Shown: positions 1-13,743, counted from the first letter of the stretch. The stretch is 64,000 nucleotides of DNA from Octopus sinensis (GCF_006345805.1 NC_043000.1:159154001-159218000), one strand, 5' to 3'. The notes: generated by a model from the sequence alone, not told the origin. Made by a program: numbers and translations.

Positions 1-339
1 AATCAATGCAGACAACGAATGAAAGACACCCCTTTGGAAGCGTGACTGGACATAAGTTGTGACTGCATTAATGGAAGGGAATATATTGCGCACATAAGCT
101 AACATGAATGGTCCACCTAAGACTCCTTAAAGTGCAGGGTTCAAGTTCATTTCAATCTATTCAAATAGAAAGTTGCGAAGCCAATGGTATTTACAGAGAA
201 AGATTTACTTTGTATTTGGATTGCAGGATGTGACATAGAAGCCTTTGTATTTGAGAGAGAGATTATCAAAGATTTAATGTTCATTTCTCCATGATGTTAA
301 TCTAATGTACACTATACAATCTGCTTCTGCTTTGGCCCA

Positions 340-1030
340 GTTATCCTGACCATATTGTGGAAGATCTCATGGACCCTGTTGAACAGGTGTACCGTGGCAC
401 AGAAATAAGATACAGAATGGAAGTCTACAATGTACTCCTCATTGGCTGGAAGCTATAAACGGTAAAGGATGTTATAAACGGCAAAACTGATTCATCTGTT
501 CGCGAACAGTGTTCAATACAGCAGTTTAGTTCCAGCCACAATACAAGAAACACAATTCAATACAATATGTATCTAAAAATACTATTACTCACATGCTCAC
601 ATATTTCAAATCTCAACCACACTGACTCTCCAAAATGTAGACTCTAGATTTCCCCCTTATTCTCACAATCGCAAGTATTTGGGAACCGGACAAGATTTTA
701 ATGTATGGTAAGTTAATTGCCGAGGATAAATGTACAAAAGCATACGGGAGTGCTCTGAAGGCCATGGAGAGGACATTGCAGTACGTGATTCCATTCCAAA
801 ATAGGTTTGGAATGGAAACCGTGGCAACTGTGCTGTTGGGTGACTTAAGAACCCACCATTGGTCACTAAAACGGTGATGAAATCTGTACATAACATGAAT
901 TGTCATTCCATTTGAGAAAATCTTCAAACTCTTCACAGACATGAAAATAAATGTTTTGGAGATCAGACATGAAAATAAATGTTTTGGAGATCAACATTTT
1001 GTTGCAGATGCCATACTAGTTGGAGGGATA
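340..1030 (+). pseudogene. Possible highly decayed LINE reverse-transcriptase remnant, interrupted by the 509-672 insert
   Basis: 342-440 reads YPDHIVEDLMDPVEQVYRGTEIR. About 985-1030 reads LEINILL/ADAILVG across a frameshift, resembling a degraded [FY]ADD motif. Many stops. A 28-bp tandem duplication lies at 936-991. Confidence 0.3.
509..672 (-). repeat. Left arm of a 164-bp inverted repeat (partner 2103-2266)
   Basis: Direct comparison with the reverse complement of 2103-2266: 4 mismatches in 164 nt. Confidence 0.95.
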
Positions 1031-2102
1031 ACTGGCACATGAGCTCTATGAGTGCAATGTTTAAAAGAGTAGACGAATTCCTCGACTTCCATTGACTAAC
1101 ATACAAGTTGCTGTGTGAAAAATAAATATTTGGGACATCATTGAACTGTCACCTATGGTATGGACTACTCATCTCGTCCAATGAGAGACACTTTTTTCGA
1201 CGAGCAACTAATAGTTCGCTATTTAGCAGAAATTTTAAAATTCATTAGAACTTTCAGGTCACTGCCATATGAGTCCTCAGGTAAAAATGATAAAAACTGA
1301 ATAATGCTGCCGCACAACCTATCTCAGCTGCGGCAATGAAGTGGTTCAACACTAGACAAATGGTTAAAAAGAATCTCTCCTATCGTCGTAACAACTTCTC
1401 AACGAAAACAATAAAGGAGATAATGTAACCCTACAGATATCTCCGCACACACTTATAGAAGCGTTTTTTTTTCATTTAGATACCGTCAGCCTCTAGAATA
1501 CGTAAGCTTTGCCATTTCAACCAATAAATGCAAAGAAGAATTTTTTTAAGTTGCTGGACTGCATCTCAAGAACTACTCCTTTGTTCATGGACAATTTACT
1601 GTATGATGCTCAAGACCAGGATGCTCATATCCGCCAGAATAACTTTTATCATGTTGTTAATTCAACGTAAAACATCGTATATCAAAACACGATAACATTA
1701 ACCGAGTTCAGCAAGCGAAAGTTAATGTGTACAAAAGGTATGTCACATAATCTTTAGTTACCTGTAACACTTAATATCATACAGTTACTGCTGTATTTTT
1801 GCGATGCCAATTTTTTTTTAATGTGGGATTCCCTGGGACACTGTATTTTCCACATTCAATAAGAATGATTTTTAATTCCATGAGTGGTTTATTTCTTGAA
1901 GGGAAAAGTACAATAAGTTCAATTAAAGTAAATGTAACTGATATATATATATATATATATCAAAAAATTTATTAGTAGCATTTTTAATATAGTACAGACT
2001 TTAGCTACGATTGACCTCGATACGCAGAGTACAAAGAAAAAATCATTTTGTATTAAATGAAATCAACATCTACTTTATGTTTTTAGCTTACCTGAGCCGT
2101 TC

Positions 2103-2266
2103 GCGACTGTGAGAATAAGGGGGAAATCTAGAGTCTACATTTTGGCGAGTCAGTGTGGTTGAGATTTGAAATATGTGAGCATTTGAGTAATAGTATTTTT
2201 AGATACATATTGTATTGAATTGTGTTTCTTGTATTGTAGCTGGAACTAAACTGCTGTATTGAACAC
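2103..2266 (+). repeat. Right arm of the 164-bp inverted repeat (partner 509-672)
   Basis: Reverse complement matches 509-672 with 4 mismatches. Confidence 0.95.
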
Positions 2267-2570
2267 GTTTTCGTGATTGAAATATATTTAGATATGTTTG
2301 GACTAGTGCGCTGAGATATATTGTTCGGTTGGAATTCTACTGGTGAGTTTATGGTTTACTAAGTTTAAAGTTTGCAACTCATGGTATCTAAATTGATGGT
2401 ATTGCATTTCCAAGAAAACGCTGGAATACATGTAATGCTACAATACACACCTAAAGTCATCGTTCAACAATTCCGCACATTCTTCGCAATATATAAATCA
2501 TAGTACATACCTAACTTTAGCTGGGTCTTTTATAAGATTCTGATTTTTCTCGGCCTCACAATCGGGAACA

Positions 2571-2592
2571 TCTATCTATCTATCTATCTATA

Positions 2593-2639
<47 letters not shown>

Positions 2640-2645
2640 ATATCT
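2571..2645. repeat. (TCTA)n microsatellite
   Basis: Visible tandem tctatcta tract. Confidence 0.95.
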
Positions 2646-2883
2646 AATGTGTACGTTTGTGTTTGTGTGTGTAATATTCATTTATCTATCGATCTATGTA
2701 GATAGGTAGATGGATATCAGCCGAAACTTTGAAGTCGCTGTCAAGTTTAAGTATGAATTTGAACTATACAAAAGTATAGTGTAACCACTCAGATTAATGT
2801 AAAATTGTTTTTATTATAACACAAACATTCGTATATTTGTGTGCACATACACACACTCACACACACACTAACACACACGCACG

Positions 2884-2915
<32 letters not shown>

Positions 2916-4183
2916 GGTAAGGGGATAAATGCCACCACACGAAATTCTTAGCTGTTGAGTCACTCCATCACTTCTACTAAATATTAATAAATAAATGAAT
3001 GCACACACACGCACATATTAAGAGAGTGTGGGAAAGAGAGCGAGGAATCAGAACTTCGTAATCTTGTGATTGTGAGTTCAGTTAAACTGCACGGCAATTG
3101 GGCAATTGGGCAATTGTCTTGTACAGCTCTGCGGACCATCAACTGCCCTGTGAAGGATATTCGTGAACCGAACCAGTGAAGAAATCCGCCGTATATATGT
3201 ATTTGTACAGCGGATGTGGGCAGATTTTGTGCACATTGGTGTGTGAGTTTTTGCGTTAGAACCTTTAATGTTTGACAATCAAAACTGGTTTGACTGTGAC
3301 CCTAAACTTATTATATGTTCAAGAAAAGAATAGCGGTATAATAAGTATAGGACCTAAAATAAGCACTAAGGTTAATTTGATCGACTCATCCGTTCAACAC
3401 GATTCTCCAGCATAGCCATATTTAATAGGTTGATACACGTGAAAGAATAAAAATGCAAGTACACGTACGTGGGCGTGGCGTTTATGCGTAAATATGTTCA
3501 CACACATGCCCATACGCATACACACACATCGATATCTATGTTTAGTCAAATGTCAACTTGGGTAATTGATATATATGGCTATGCGTGTATATGTGCATAT
3601 ATGTATATGTATTAGTACCAATGTACGTGTCAGCTTACATTAAGACTGCAGAATGGTGTTGACTCTCCAGTGATAAGCGAACCTATAAAGCTAAGTGTTT
3701 TCTCGTTATAATGGACAATTCGTTATCTTTCCATCTTTTTATCTCTCCCGTTCTCCATCTCTTTCTCTCACTGCCTCGTCTTTTCATGTGGATTCCCCGA
3801 TGCACTGGCAAGTGTTTCTATGTGCTTTGTGTGTTTGCGTGTGATTTCCTGCGTGAATATTTGACAACGGGTCCTTGTCTTCGTCTTCCTACAGTGTCTT
3901 AGCCACTGAGTTTAAATTGACTGGCTGCTTTAAAAACAACTATACAAATTGATGTTGCATTTTAATAGTTCATCGGCAGTTTGTGCAGGCTGTTGTTAGG
4001 CAGCCGTTAGACTTTCGATACGGTGACTTTTAGCAACTTTTACCTCATGCTTTATCCCGGGACCACATGAATAAAACTTTGATTGGCAGACGCATGACAT
4101 CCATTAATAGATATGCATCTGTTTCCGCTTTCACGGTTGACAATTTGATTCAGTTTCCGTCATATGCTGAAATATGTGTGTAT

Positions 4184-4259
<76 letters not shown>

Positions 4260-4694
4260 CGTGTGTGCGCGTGTTTGTGAGAGAGTGAGAGAGAGAATAA
4301 GTGTAGCGTGTACATATACAGTATTCGTTTCTTCTATAGATGTATGAATATATGTTAATGTGTATAGGTATATGTACTTGTGGAGCCGTTACTATATTGT
4401 CATGTTTTGGCATCATTTTTTTGTTTTGATATTTTGCTGGTTGTTATCAGTGCAAGTTGACTTCAATTAACCGTTCCTAATATCCGTTGTTGACAACATA
4501 AATTATAATTAAATTGATTGTTGACAATATAAATTTAACAATGCATTGAAATATAATTTTGACGTATCACTTAATAGTTAAACGATTTTCAAGAACTCGC
4601 CTGCATATATACCAAGTTGCGAGTATTTGAGCCGTGAGTAATTCGCTAAAATTAATCACCTGGACTCACTTAAATAAACAAGAATAAATCCAAA

Positions 4695-5957
4695 TAAGAG
4701 GGTCGACTGAACAGTTAATAGGCTGACCAATATATTCTCGTTCAGTGTGACCAAATAAGGTATATATTTCAACAGAGGCCCCTTTGCAGTCCACACATTT
4801 CTTCTATCGCTGTTGCAGTGTTCAGATCCTATTGGAGAAGAAGCTTTCATCTAAACGTCATCAGCATCAGGCATGACGTCATCGTCACTGTTACACTGGA
4901 TCCCAGTCCAGTAGGCTTTTTTTTTCCTTTTGGGGAACAGATATAATCAGATGAGGCCAAATCAGGAGAAAAGGATGGTGTTTAAACAGTTTAAAACTAA
5001 GTCACGCATAACAGCCATTGAAACCAAGGTCTTGTGTGATGGTGCATTGTCCTGATGAAACAAGATCAGTTTTTCTGGGCTTTTGGTCTTGATAGCCTTT
5101 TGTAACTACTTCGGCAAGGTGGCATATTACTCTTCATTGATGATATGGCACTTTTGGAGATAGTCAATAAACACAATGCCTATTGCATCCAAAATAACTG
5201 AGGCTGTCAACTTCCCTACAGATTAAATAACCTTGACCTTCTTTCGTGCAAGTGAAGAGGAGTGTTTTCACTGCATGAACTGTCTCAAAGTGATGAAGCC
5301 AACACTCATCCTGACTTAGGAAACGGTCAAAGAAACCAGCTGGATCTGCCTCAAACAATGTTAGATCTCCCCGTGATGTCATCAGCCTGATATGTTTTTG
5401 ATTAGGTGTCAGAAGACGTGGCACTCAACGAGCAGAAACCTTCGTCATGCTAAGTTCATTGTGCTGAATATTCTCAACTCTTTCACGGAATACGGGAACA
5501 TTTGGCTATTTGATTAGCCAATCAGCGGTCATCCATCAGCATGTGCTGAACACAATCAATGTATTCCTCGGTGGTGACAATTGTAAGACGTCTGTGCCTG
5601 GGGTCATCTCCAAAACTCTCCCTTCTAAATTCAGCTGCTCACTTGTGTACCGTTAATAGAGCTGCAGTGTCGTTTTCTAATGTAGTAGCGATGTCATCTT
5701 GAATGCCGTTGGAAGCTAAACCCTTTTCTCTGTAAGTACTTGATAACACCACGATACCAAATGTAGTCCATTTTCAAGAGAGGTCCCTACTAGTTACTTT
5801 TGAAGTCTTCTTTCAATAGTCAGATATCAATTTACCAGGAAAAAACAACGCAGTTATTAATAAGAAGGGTTGAGATTAATGAATGCAAGATTTCACAGTT
5901 CTACTCTAGCAACATTCCTTCATATTCAGCCAACGAACTTTTCATTCTAGCCTCGTA
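4695..5957 (-). mobile_element. Decayed near-full-length mariner DNA transposon
   Basis: Minus strand gives MDYIWYRGVIKYLQRKG..., PRLLTPNQK...FLSQDECWLHHFE (first catalytic D region) and a PDLIWSDYI-like (YSPDL) region. Degenerate TIRs: taagagggtcgactgaacagtt at 4695 and the reverse complement of aacttttcattctagcctcgta ending 5957. Stops and frameshifts present. Confidence 0.9.
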
Positions 5958-6974
5958 TTATAAATTTAATACTATTGCGGTACTATAAGCTTTCACATTC
6001 CTTCATGTTAACCCAAAAACCATCTACTCACCTCTATGGATCATATTGTCGCTATTTCGTTACCACCATAATGAATGTGTTAACTTCTGCTAAATATGCA
6101 ATTTTATTGTGATCATTCTGAATTTGTGCTCTCTTCTTTTTGGGAATTCTGTAGAAACCCTTCTGAAAGTGCTATCTATTCGTTCCAGAATAATGTTTCT
6201 CACGGACATATCACAGATTCCTATAACAGAACTATGAAGTTCTTGTTTAGTTCAGTGCTATTTAGTAGAATTGATGTTCTGCAAGCAAATTATAAATGCA
6301 CGATAACATATTGATGCATATTTAACAATCACTTAATATATGTAAATTTATATTTATTTATTTCATTTATAAATCATTTCTGAGGCGTCAGGGAACTTGA
6401 ATCTAGGTGAATATTTAAACAATCGAAACTAGTTATTTAATATTTATGAATAATTACATCAGTACTAATTATATATTTGTATATTCAAAACATTTATATC
6501 TATAATTATTTATTCTAAGCCTTTGGACAACATAAGAAAACAAGTAATTATTCAATTGACTTTATATAGCAGCCAAATTGTCATTTCCCACCCGTCCATC
6601 TTGAAAATATAAAGCCATAATAGATAACATTATCATAGATAAACTATATAAGTAGTGGTGGTCATGGTGGAATACTTTGTGTAATAGGTTTCTCGATCAC
6701 ATCTGACCTGAGAGTAAACAGCAACGAAAATAACATATTAAAAAGCATTAATTACAGTTTTAGCTGTAAGCAAAATGCTGAATAGATTTCATTCGCAATT
6801 TTAATAATAGTAAAATAACATTTTTATCATAAATATAGCAATTAACGATAATTTTTTTTGCAATGCATTATTATGTTGCTAGAGTGGTTAGTATTTCAAT
6901 TTGCATCTCTTTACTGCATGTGTGAGTGATAGTGTGTATGTATATACACGAACACATGCATACATATAGATGTA

Positions 6975-7150
6975 TAGTATATCAGTATATGTATGTATAT
7001 ATATGTATATATATATATACGTATATATATACATATATATATACATATATATATACATATATATATATATACATATAATATATATATATACATATATATA
7101 TACATATATATATACATATATATATATAAATATATATATTAATAATAAAT
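6975..7150. repeat. Interrupted (TA)n microsatellite
   Basis: TA tract with periodic C interruptions; the IY/YI ORFs over it are artefacts. Confidence 0.95.
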
Positions 7151-7351
7151 ATTAGGGAATAAATCCAAACTTACAGGGAAAAATCAGATTTAGAATTGAA
7201 TCCAATTTTATAGTAAAATATATTATATTAAATTAGAGACAAAACCACTATTAGGCAAATCATACAATGAAAAACTTAAGCCAATACATAAGATTATTTA
7301 ATTTATATTATTTAAATATATAACAAAATTATTAAAAAATATTATTAATAT

Positions 7352-7419
7352 ATCACTACGATCGTTTCATGGCTGTTAATTTCTTTAAATTTTCAAGTCA
7401 CAGACATTCATCAGGTGGT
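7352..7419 (-). ncRNA. Type I hammerhead ribozyme motif, intact core
   Basis: Minus strand: accac CTGATGA atgtctgt...acagccat GAAA CGATCG TA gtgat. Stem I accac/gtgat, stem II atg-ctgt/acag-cat, palindromic stem III CGATCG, GUA triplet. Confidence 0.85.
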
Positions 7420-7511
7420 TTAAATATTTAATTAAACCTCGCCAAGAGAAATATTTAAACCACCTGATGAATGACTGTGACTTGAAAATTTAAAGAAATT
7501 AACATATATAT

Positions 7512-7680
7512 GCAGGAGTGGCTGTGTGGTAAGTAGCTTGCTTACCAACCACATGGTTCCGGGTTCAGTCCCACTGCGTGACATCTTGGGCAAGTGACTT
7601 CTGCTATAGCTCCGGGCCGACCAATACCTTGTTGGTGGATTTGGTAGACGGAAACTGAAAGAAGCCTGTCGTATATATGT

Positions 7681-7724
<44 letters not shown>

Positions 7725-7938
7725 GTGTGTGCGTTTGTCCCCCTAGCATTGCTTGAGAACCGATGCTGGTGTGTTTACGTCCCCGTCACCTAGCGGTTCG
7801 GCAAAAGAGACCGATAGAATAAGTACTGGGCTTACAAAGAATAAGTCCCGGGGTCGATTTGCTCGACTGGAGGCGGAGCTCCAGCATGGCCGCAGTCAAA
7901 TGACTGAAACAAGTAAAAGAGTAAAAGAGTAAAAGAGT
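7512..7938 (+). mobile_element. tRNA-derived SINE, family A (octopus OK/OR-type)
   Basis: Head ggagtggctgtgtggtaagtagcttgc...ggttcagtccc, ccttgggcaagtg core, internal TA/TG tract, tail gtcaaatgactgaaacaagtaaaaga(gtaaaaga)n; many copies in the window. Confidence 0.9.
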
Positions 7939-7996
7939 ATATGTATATATATATATATATACACATATATATGTATGTACATACATACATATTACA

Positions 7997-9243
7997 TTGG
8001 GTCATCCCATAAATAATGAGGTTTTTTCAAATGCATGAACTAAAAGTCGGAGGGGTACGGGATAAACTACCTGCACCAGCTAGCTATAAAAGCAGGTAGT
8101 AATTTTAGCTTGACTTATTCTTAGTCCAAGTTTTGAAGAGTGCAGTTCGAGTTCAACAGCTGTTTTTTCAAAGCTATAATGGAATTTATAAAGGAGCATA
8201 TTGAGCATGTTTTGTTTCATGAGTTCAATAAAGGCAACAACGCAACGGAAAGTGAAATAAATATTTATGCAGCATATGGGGATAGGACAATAAGCGTAAG
8301 TCAGTGTCAACAGTGTTTCTAGAAATTCCCAACCGGAAACTACAGCCTAGAAGACAAGCCTCGTCCTGGAACTTCCGTTGAGCTTACGATGGCGCCTTGC
8401 AAACCTTGGTGGAGCAAACCCCTATTATAACTGTTGAAAAAGTAGCATTTATCGACACCTGCGAGCCATCGGAAAAGTCAGCAAATTGGATCAATGGGTT
8501 CCTCCCAAACTTTCCGAGTCTAGTCGCGCACAGAGACTGAATGTGTGCTCTTCTTTGTGGTAACGTCTCACGAATGAACCAGTTTTGGACCGAATAGTGA
8601 CTGGTGACGCGAAATGGGTTCTCTATAAATATGTCAAGTGCCGAGGACAGTGGGTAGGCAAAGGAGAAACACCGGCATCCCAGGCTATAGAAATTCTTCA
8701 CCCACGTAAAATATTATAATGTTTTGTGGGATATGAAAGGTTTTGTCCACTTTGGTATTTTAAACCCATACCAAATGATAACAAAGGAGATATACTTCGA
8801 GCAGCTTGAGCAGCTTAGGTCAGCGCTAGAAGAAAAACAACCATTTTTGGTTTCAAGATGAAAGGTGTTCTTCCATCGGGATAATGCTCGGCCATATACA
8901 GCGGGGATGACATTCCAAAAGCTGGAGCAGTTTGAATAGGAAACGCTACCCTACCCACCATATTTGCTGGATATTGCCACAACTAATTATCATTTATTCC
9001 GCAGTCTTCAAAATCAACTGGACGGAAAAAATGTGAATTCTGTACACAAAGTCAGAACAGTACTGGACGAGTATTTTTCATCGCGGATAAGTGAATTTTG
9101 GAGGAGGGGCCTTGCAAGACTACCAGATAGATGGAAGAGAATTGTAGAAAATGAAGTAGAGTATATTTTAGATTAAAAAATAACTCTATCTTAATTCTTA
9201 AAAATAGAAATAGTATAAAAACATTATTTATGGGATGATCCAA
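7997..9243 (+). mobile_element. Decayed full-length mariner transposon (about 1.25 kb)
   Basis: TIRs ttgggtcatcccataaataatg / cattatttatgggatgatccaa with 3' TA. Broken transposase with RIVTGDAKWVLY, HRDNARP, LPYPPYLLDIATTNYHLFRSLQN and RLPDRWKRIVENEVEYILD* motifs. Confidence 0.95.
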
Positions 9244-9261
9244 TATGTACATATATTAGTT

Positions 9262-9317
<56 letters not shown>

Positions 9318-9391
9318 GCATGCATGTATGTATGCATGCATATATGTATACATGTATGTATGCATGTATGTATATTTATATGTATATATGC

Positions 9392-9432
<41 letters not shown>

Positions 9433-9437
9433 TACAT

Positions 9438-9479
<42 letters not shown>

Positions 9480-10398
9480 TATATATATATAATATATATA
9501 TATATACATATACATATATTCTCTTTTAGTGCCTTATAATTTAACACACTCGCCGGTAAGATTTCAACTTATTTCTTATTTTCGTTGTGTCTTGCAACCT
9601 TTCCTACAGTTTTGACTCTATCCGTTATTCACACTGCCTTCCTCTTAGTTTGTTTGTGCGCATATGTGTGGGTTAGTGTGTGTGTGTGCCTACACATGCA
9701 TGTATGTATGTATGCATGTATAAAATCTGGGCCCAGAGAGTTTTGCTTGAAGCTCCCGGCTACATGATTCGAACCCACGATTGCTCAGCGTCAGCCTATG
9801 CTTTGTGAGTATATTTGTGTCCGATTGCGTGATTAAGCATCACTCTATGTAACATTTTATGAGGCAAATTCTGCTTAATGGTTAGGTTACAGCTACACTT
9901 GTGTGTGTGGTATACTCAGTCAGCTACACTCTTAACTGAAAAAAACGTATTAATCAGTTCAACTAACAATTCAATGCACATTGTTGAAAGCGACAGTTAT
10001 CGATTTAGTAAATTCATGTGCATAGAATATTTGTGTGTATGGTTATGTGTTATAATACTTTGGGATAGAAATGTTGCCAATAAAAACAAATGCACTGGTT
10101 ATATTTCGCTCCTTTTTATTATTGCTAGTCAGTCAACATGATAATTAATTAACGAATTAACTAATCAATTGTTCTAGCAATTACTCGATCAATCACTTGG
10201 TTATTCAGACTTCTTCCACCGCAGTCTGTGACCTTATCGAATATATCTTTTCATCCGCCTCACTTTTGACACAAATTTATGTGTGTATGTGCATTTGTGT
10301 ATACACTTGTATATTTGGGTCTCTATACATGCTTGTGTGTATGTGTTCGTTTATGTGTCGTGTGTGCGTGTGGGTGTGTATGTGTGTGTGTGTGTGTT

Positions 10399-10482
<84 letters not shown>

Positions 10483-10674
10483 ATTCTCTTGGGATCTTCA
10501 TTTTACTGAATGAGTTTTCGCTGCCTATAGAAACGGCACTCACTTAATCGAAGGTTCGATTTTTCCTAACGTGTAGCGAATAATTTGCAGTGTATTATCT
10601 ATAACACCCGAGGTACATCTCATATGCTAAGTCAATGTATCCAGCAGTAATTAACAGCATAGTCACAAATATAT

Positions 10675-10805
10675 ATTTCTTTACTACGCACAAGGGGCTA
10701 AACGCAGAAGGGACAAACAAGGACAGACAAAGGGATTAAGTCGATTACATCGACCCCAGTGCGTAACTGGTACTTAATTTATCGACCCCGAAAGGATGAA
10801 AGGCA
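10675..10805 (-). mobile_element. SINE family B, 3' half
   Basis: Reverse complement of gcctttcatcctttcggggtcgataaattaagtaccag...gccccttgtg tail. Confidence 0.85.
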
Positions 10806-11304
10806 CTCGCTGCCTTCAAGCATAATTACATATATTTACATAAATATATATAAATCACATATATATAACAACTCAATCACATATATTTACATAAATTATC
10901 TGTGCCCAACGATTTCTGTTTCTCCAGCTCCAAACATAAATATACACACATACTCATAGCAGAAATGCATTCACAGTATGAAGAGAAACATATAAATACA
11001 TTTATGTGAAGTTAATTACTAAGAGAATAATTATTCAACGTGAGTAAAGGGAATTACTTGGTTTTCTAGTTCGGATTCGATCAGTTTTCTTTAACTTTTG
11101 GAATCAATGGTTGTAGGTTGGTCAGTAAAATGTATGATGTTCAAAAATGAAAGGTGTTTAAAGTGAAACTCGATATTTTCTTCTTCATGATATTGAGCTG
11201 ATAAATTATAGACGCAATATAGGATATATAGCATCAGAACATCAAATACACTTTCGCAAATCAAGATTCTGAGTTCTGACCAGCGTTATAGAAATATATA
11301 TCAC

Positions 11305-11335
<31 letters not shown>

Positions 11336-11489
11336 GACAGAGAGAAAGAGAGAGAGATAGGGGCGCAAATAAACACACTTGAGCTAGATATAAGAAGATA
11401 CAAACATTTATATAAACATGTAAAAATGTATAGGGATGTATATAGATGAAAACGCCAAAACTGAAGATTTCAGGTGAGCACTCGTGTAC

Positions 11490-11499
11490 AAGCATATAA

Positions 11500-11582
<83 letters not shown>

Positions 11583-11631
11583 TATATATAATATATATAT
11601 CTATATATATATATATAATATATATATTATA

Positions 11632-11694
<63 letters not shown>

Positions 11695-11928
11695 TCTATA
11701 TATATAATATATATATATATACATATATATATATATTATATATACATATATATATATATATATTATATATATATACATATATATATATACATACATATAT
11801 ATATATAATACATATATATATATACATACATATATATTATACATATATTATATATACATACATATATATATATACATATATATATATACATACATATATA
11901 TATATATATATATACATACATATATATC

Positions 11929-12001
<73 letters not shown>

Positions 12002-12012
12002 ATATATATATA
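11490..12012. repeat. About 520-bp interrupted (TA)n microsatellite
   Basis: Visible TA tract. Confidence 0.95.
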
Positions 12013-12013
12013 C

Positions 12014-12087
12014 GCGAGAAAGAAGCAACAAGAATGGATAGGTTTTTCGTACTAAAAACCTATCCATTCTTGTTGCTTCTTTCTCGC
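12014..12087. repeat. 74-bp near-perfect palindrome made of the post-cleavage segment of the 42869 HHR family
   Basis: gcgagaaagaagcaacaagaatggataggttttt-c-gt|ac-t-aaaaacctatccattcttgttgcttctttctcgc with one mismatched pair. 12052-12086 matches 42954-42988 at 33/35. Confidence 0.9.
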
Positions 12088-12251
12088 TTATAATCACCCC
12101 ACATTACTGTATTGTTAAATCAGTATAGTTTTTTTTGGTGCATCTAAGTTAGGTACCATATTCAAGTAAATTTTTTTAAATTAACTTGAATCTTTATTGC
12201 TCTTTGTATATATATAATATATATATATATATTATATATATATATATTCAC

Positions 12252-12665
12252 CAGGAGTGGCTGTGTGGTAAGTAGCTTGTTTACCAACCACATGGTTCCG
12301 GGTTCAGTCCCACTGCGTTGCACCTTGGGCAAGTGTCTTCTACTATAGCCCCGGGCCAACCAAAGCCTTGTGAGTGGATTTGGTAGACGGAAACTGAAAA
12401 GAATCCCGTCGTATATATGTATATATATATATCTATGCATGTGTGTGTTTGTGTGTCTGTGTTTGTCCCCCTCGCATTGCTTGACAACCGATGCTGGTGT
12501 GTGTATGTCCTCGTTACTTAGCGGTTCGGCAAAAGAGACCGATAGAATAAGTACTGGGCTTGCAAAAGAATAAGTCCCAGGGTCGAGTTGCTCGATTAAA
12601 GGCGGTGCTCCAGCATGGCGGCAGTAAAATGACTGAAACAAGTAAAATAGTAAAGAGTAAAGAGA
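12252..12665 (+). mobile_element. SINE family A, full length
   Basis: Same head, core and tail as 7512-7938. Confidence 0.9.
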
Positions 12666-13743
12666 GAACAAATTTACATTTCAGACCTAACAGCTGTTTC
12701 TGGTTGATAGGAACTACGTACTAGTTATAAAGTTGGCAAATTGAGTGTGCCAGAAACCAAAGAATAGTCAATCCCTCCACCATGAAGACGGAGGCCGGCT
12801 TACGGAAATGTGTATATACATCCTTGAGCTTTCCAAACTCCATCTGCGAACATTACAACTATTAGATAATTCCGAGCACCCAGAAACAGCCATCGGACTT
12901 GCATACCACGTCCTCTCACCTTAGTTTCCTGCATGGTTGTAATCCATGTAAATTTGTTCTGTGAATATATAAATATCTATATGCTTCTACGTGAGTGTTC
13001 ACCTTGTGAATATATTCAGTTCATTTTTCTCTCTACATATCTCTATATATTTGCATGTGTATATATATATGTATATTTCGCATATCAAGCCCAAACATGT
13101 TTATCTGCATCATTATCACCATATCAACTCATCTGGATTTCTCTTATAGTTATCCCGCGGACTTGGTCCTGATAAAAAGTTTGGAATGTAAGTTCAGTTT
13201 ATTTGAGCACTACTACGGGTTTTCTATACTGAGGATTTCTAGCTAGCTATCAATTCATCTGTCTATCTGTCTATCTATTTGCCAGTCTGTCCGTTTATCG
13301 GTTTGTCTGTCTATCTATTTACCTATATATACATGTATATTTATATAGTGTGTGTGTGTGTGTGGGTGTGAGTGAGTGAGTGAGTGACAGAGTGTGTACA
13401 TTCCTATATTTAAGTGTGTGGAGGATACTTACAAAGCAGAAAATACACATAAAACATTCAGGATGACATAAAAATTGACATTTTGGCTTCTTTTGAACTC
13501 TAAGCTTCGGTAACAAATTTGCATCTTCGGTTTTATTTTCTGTTATTTTTCATATGAACATAAGAGATTCAACACCCAGTTGGCTGTGTGTAAAATACGT
13601 GTTCACAACTTCCATTTCGAAATATGAGTGAAATCTGAGCACTTTGTTCAGTACGCTAATGTATAACACTGAATGGAAATCAAAACAGCACTCTCATTAG
13701 ATACAAGTGTGTTATTATTATTATTGTTATTATTGATCGTAAT

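Noticed and set aside
613-942. 109-aa minus-strand ORF
   Set aside because: No recognisable motif, runs into the inverted-repeat arm, and is probably antisense to decayed LINE sequence.
12777-12828. HHR-like ATGAAGA...GAAA tgtgtatataca TC
   Set aside because: C3 is mutated, stem I does not pair and stem II is poor; at best an old remnant.
11350-13110. Inverted pair 11350-11500 / 12980-13110 as a structured element
   Set aside because: Only about 70% similar; more simply two old dispersed copies in opposite orientation.
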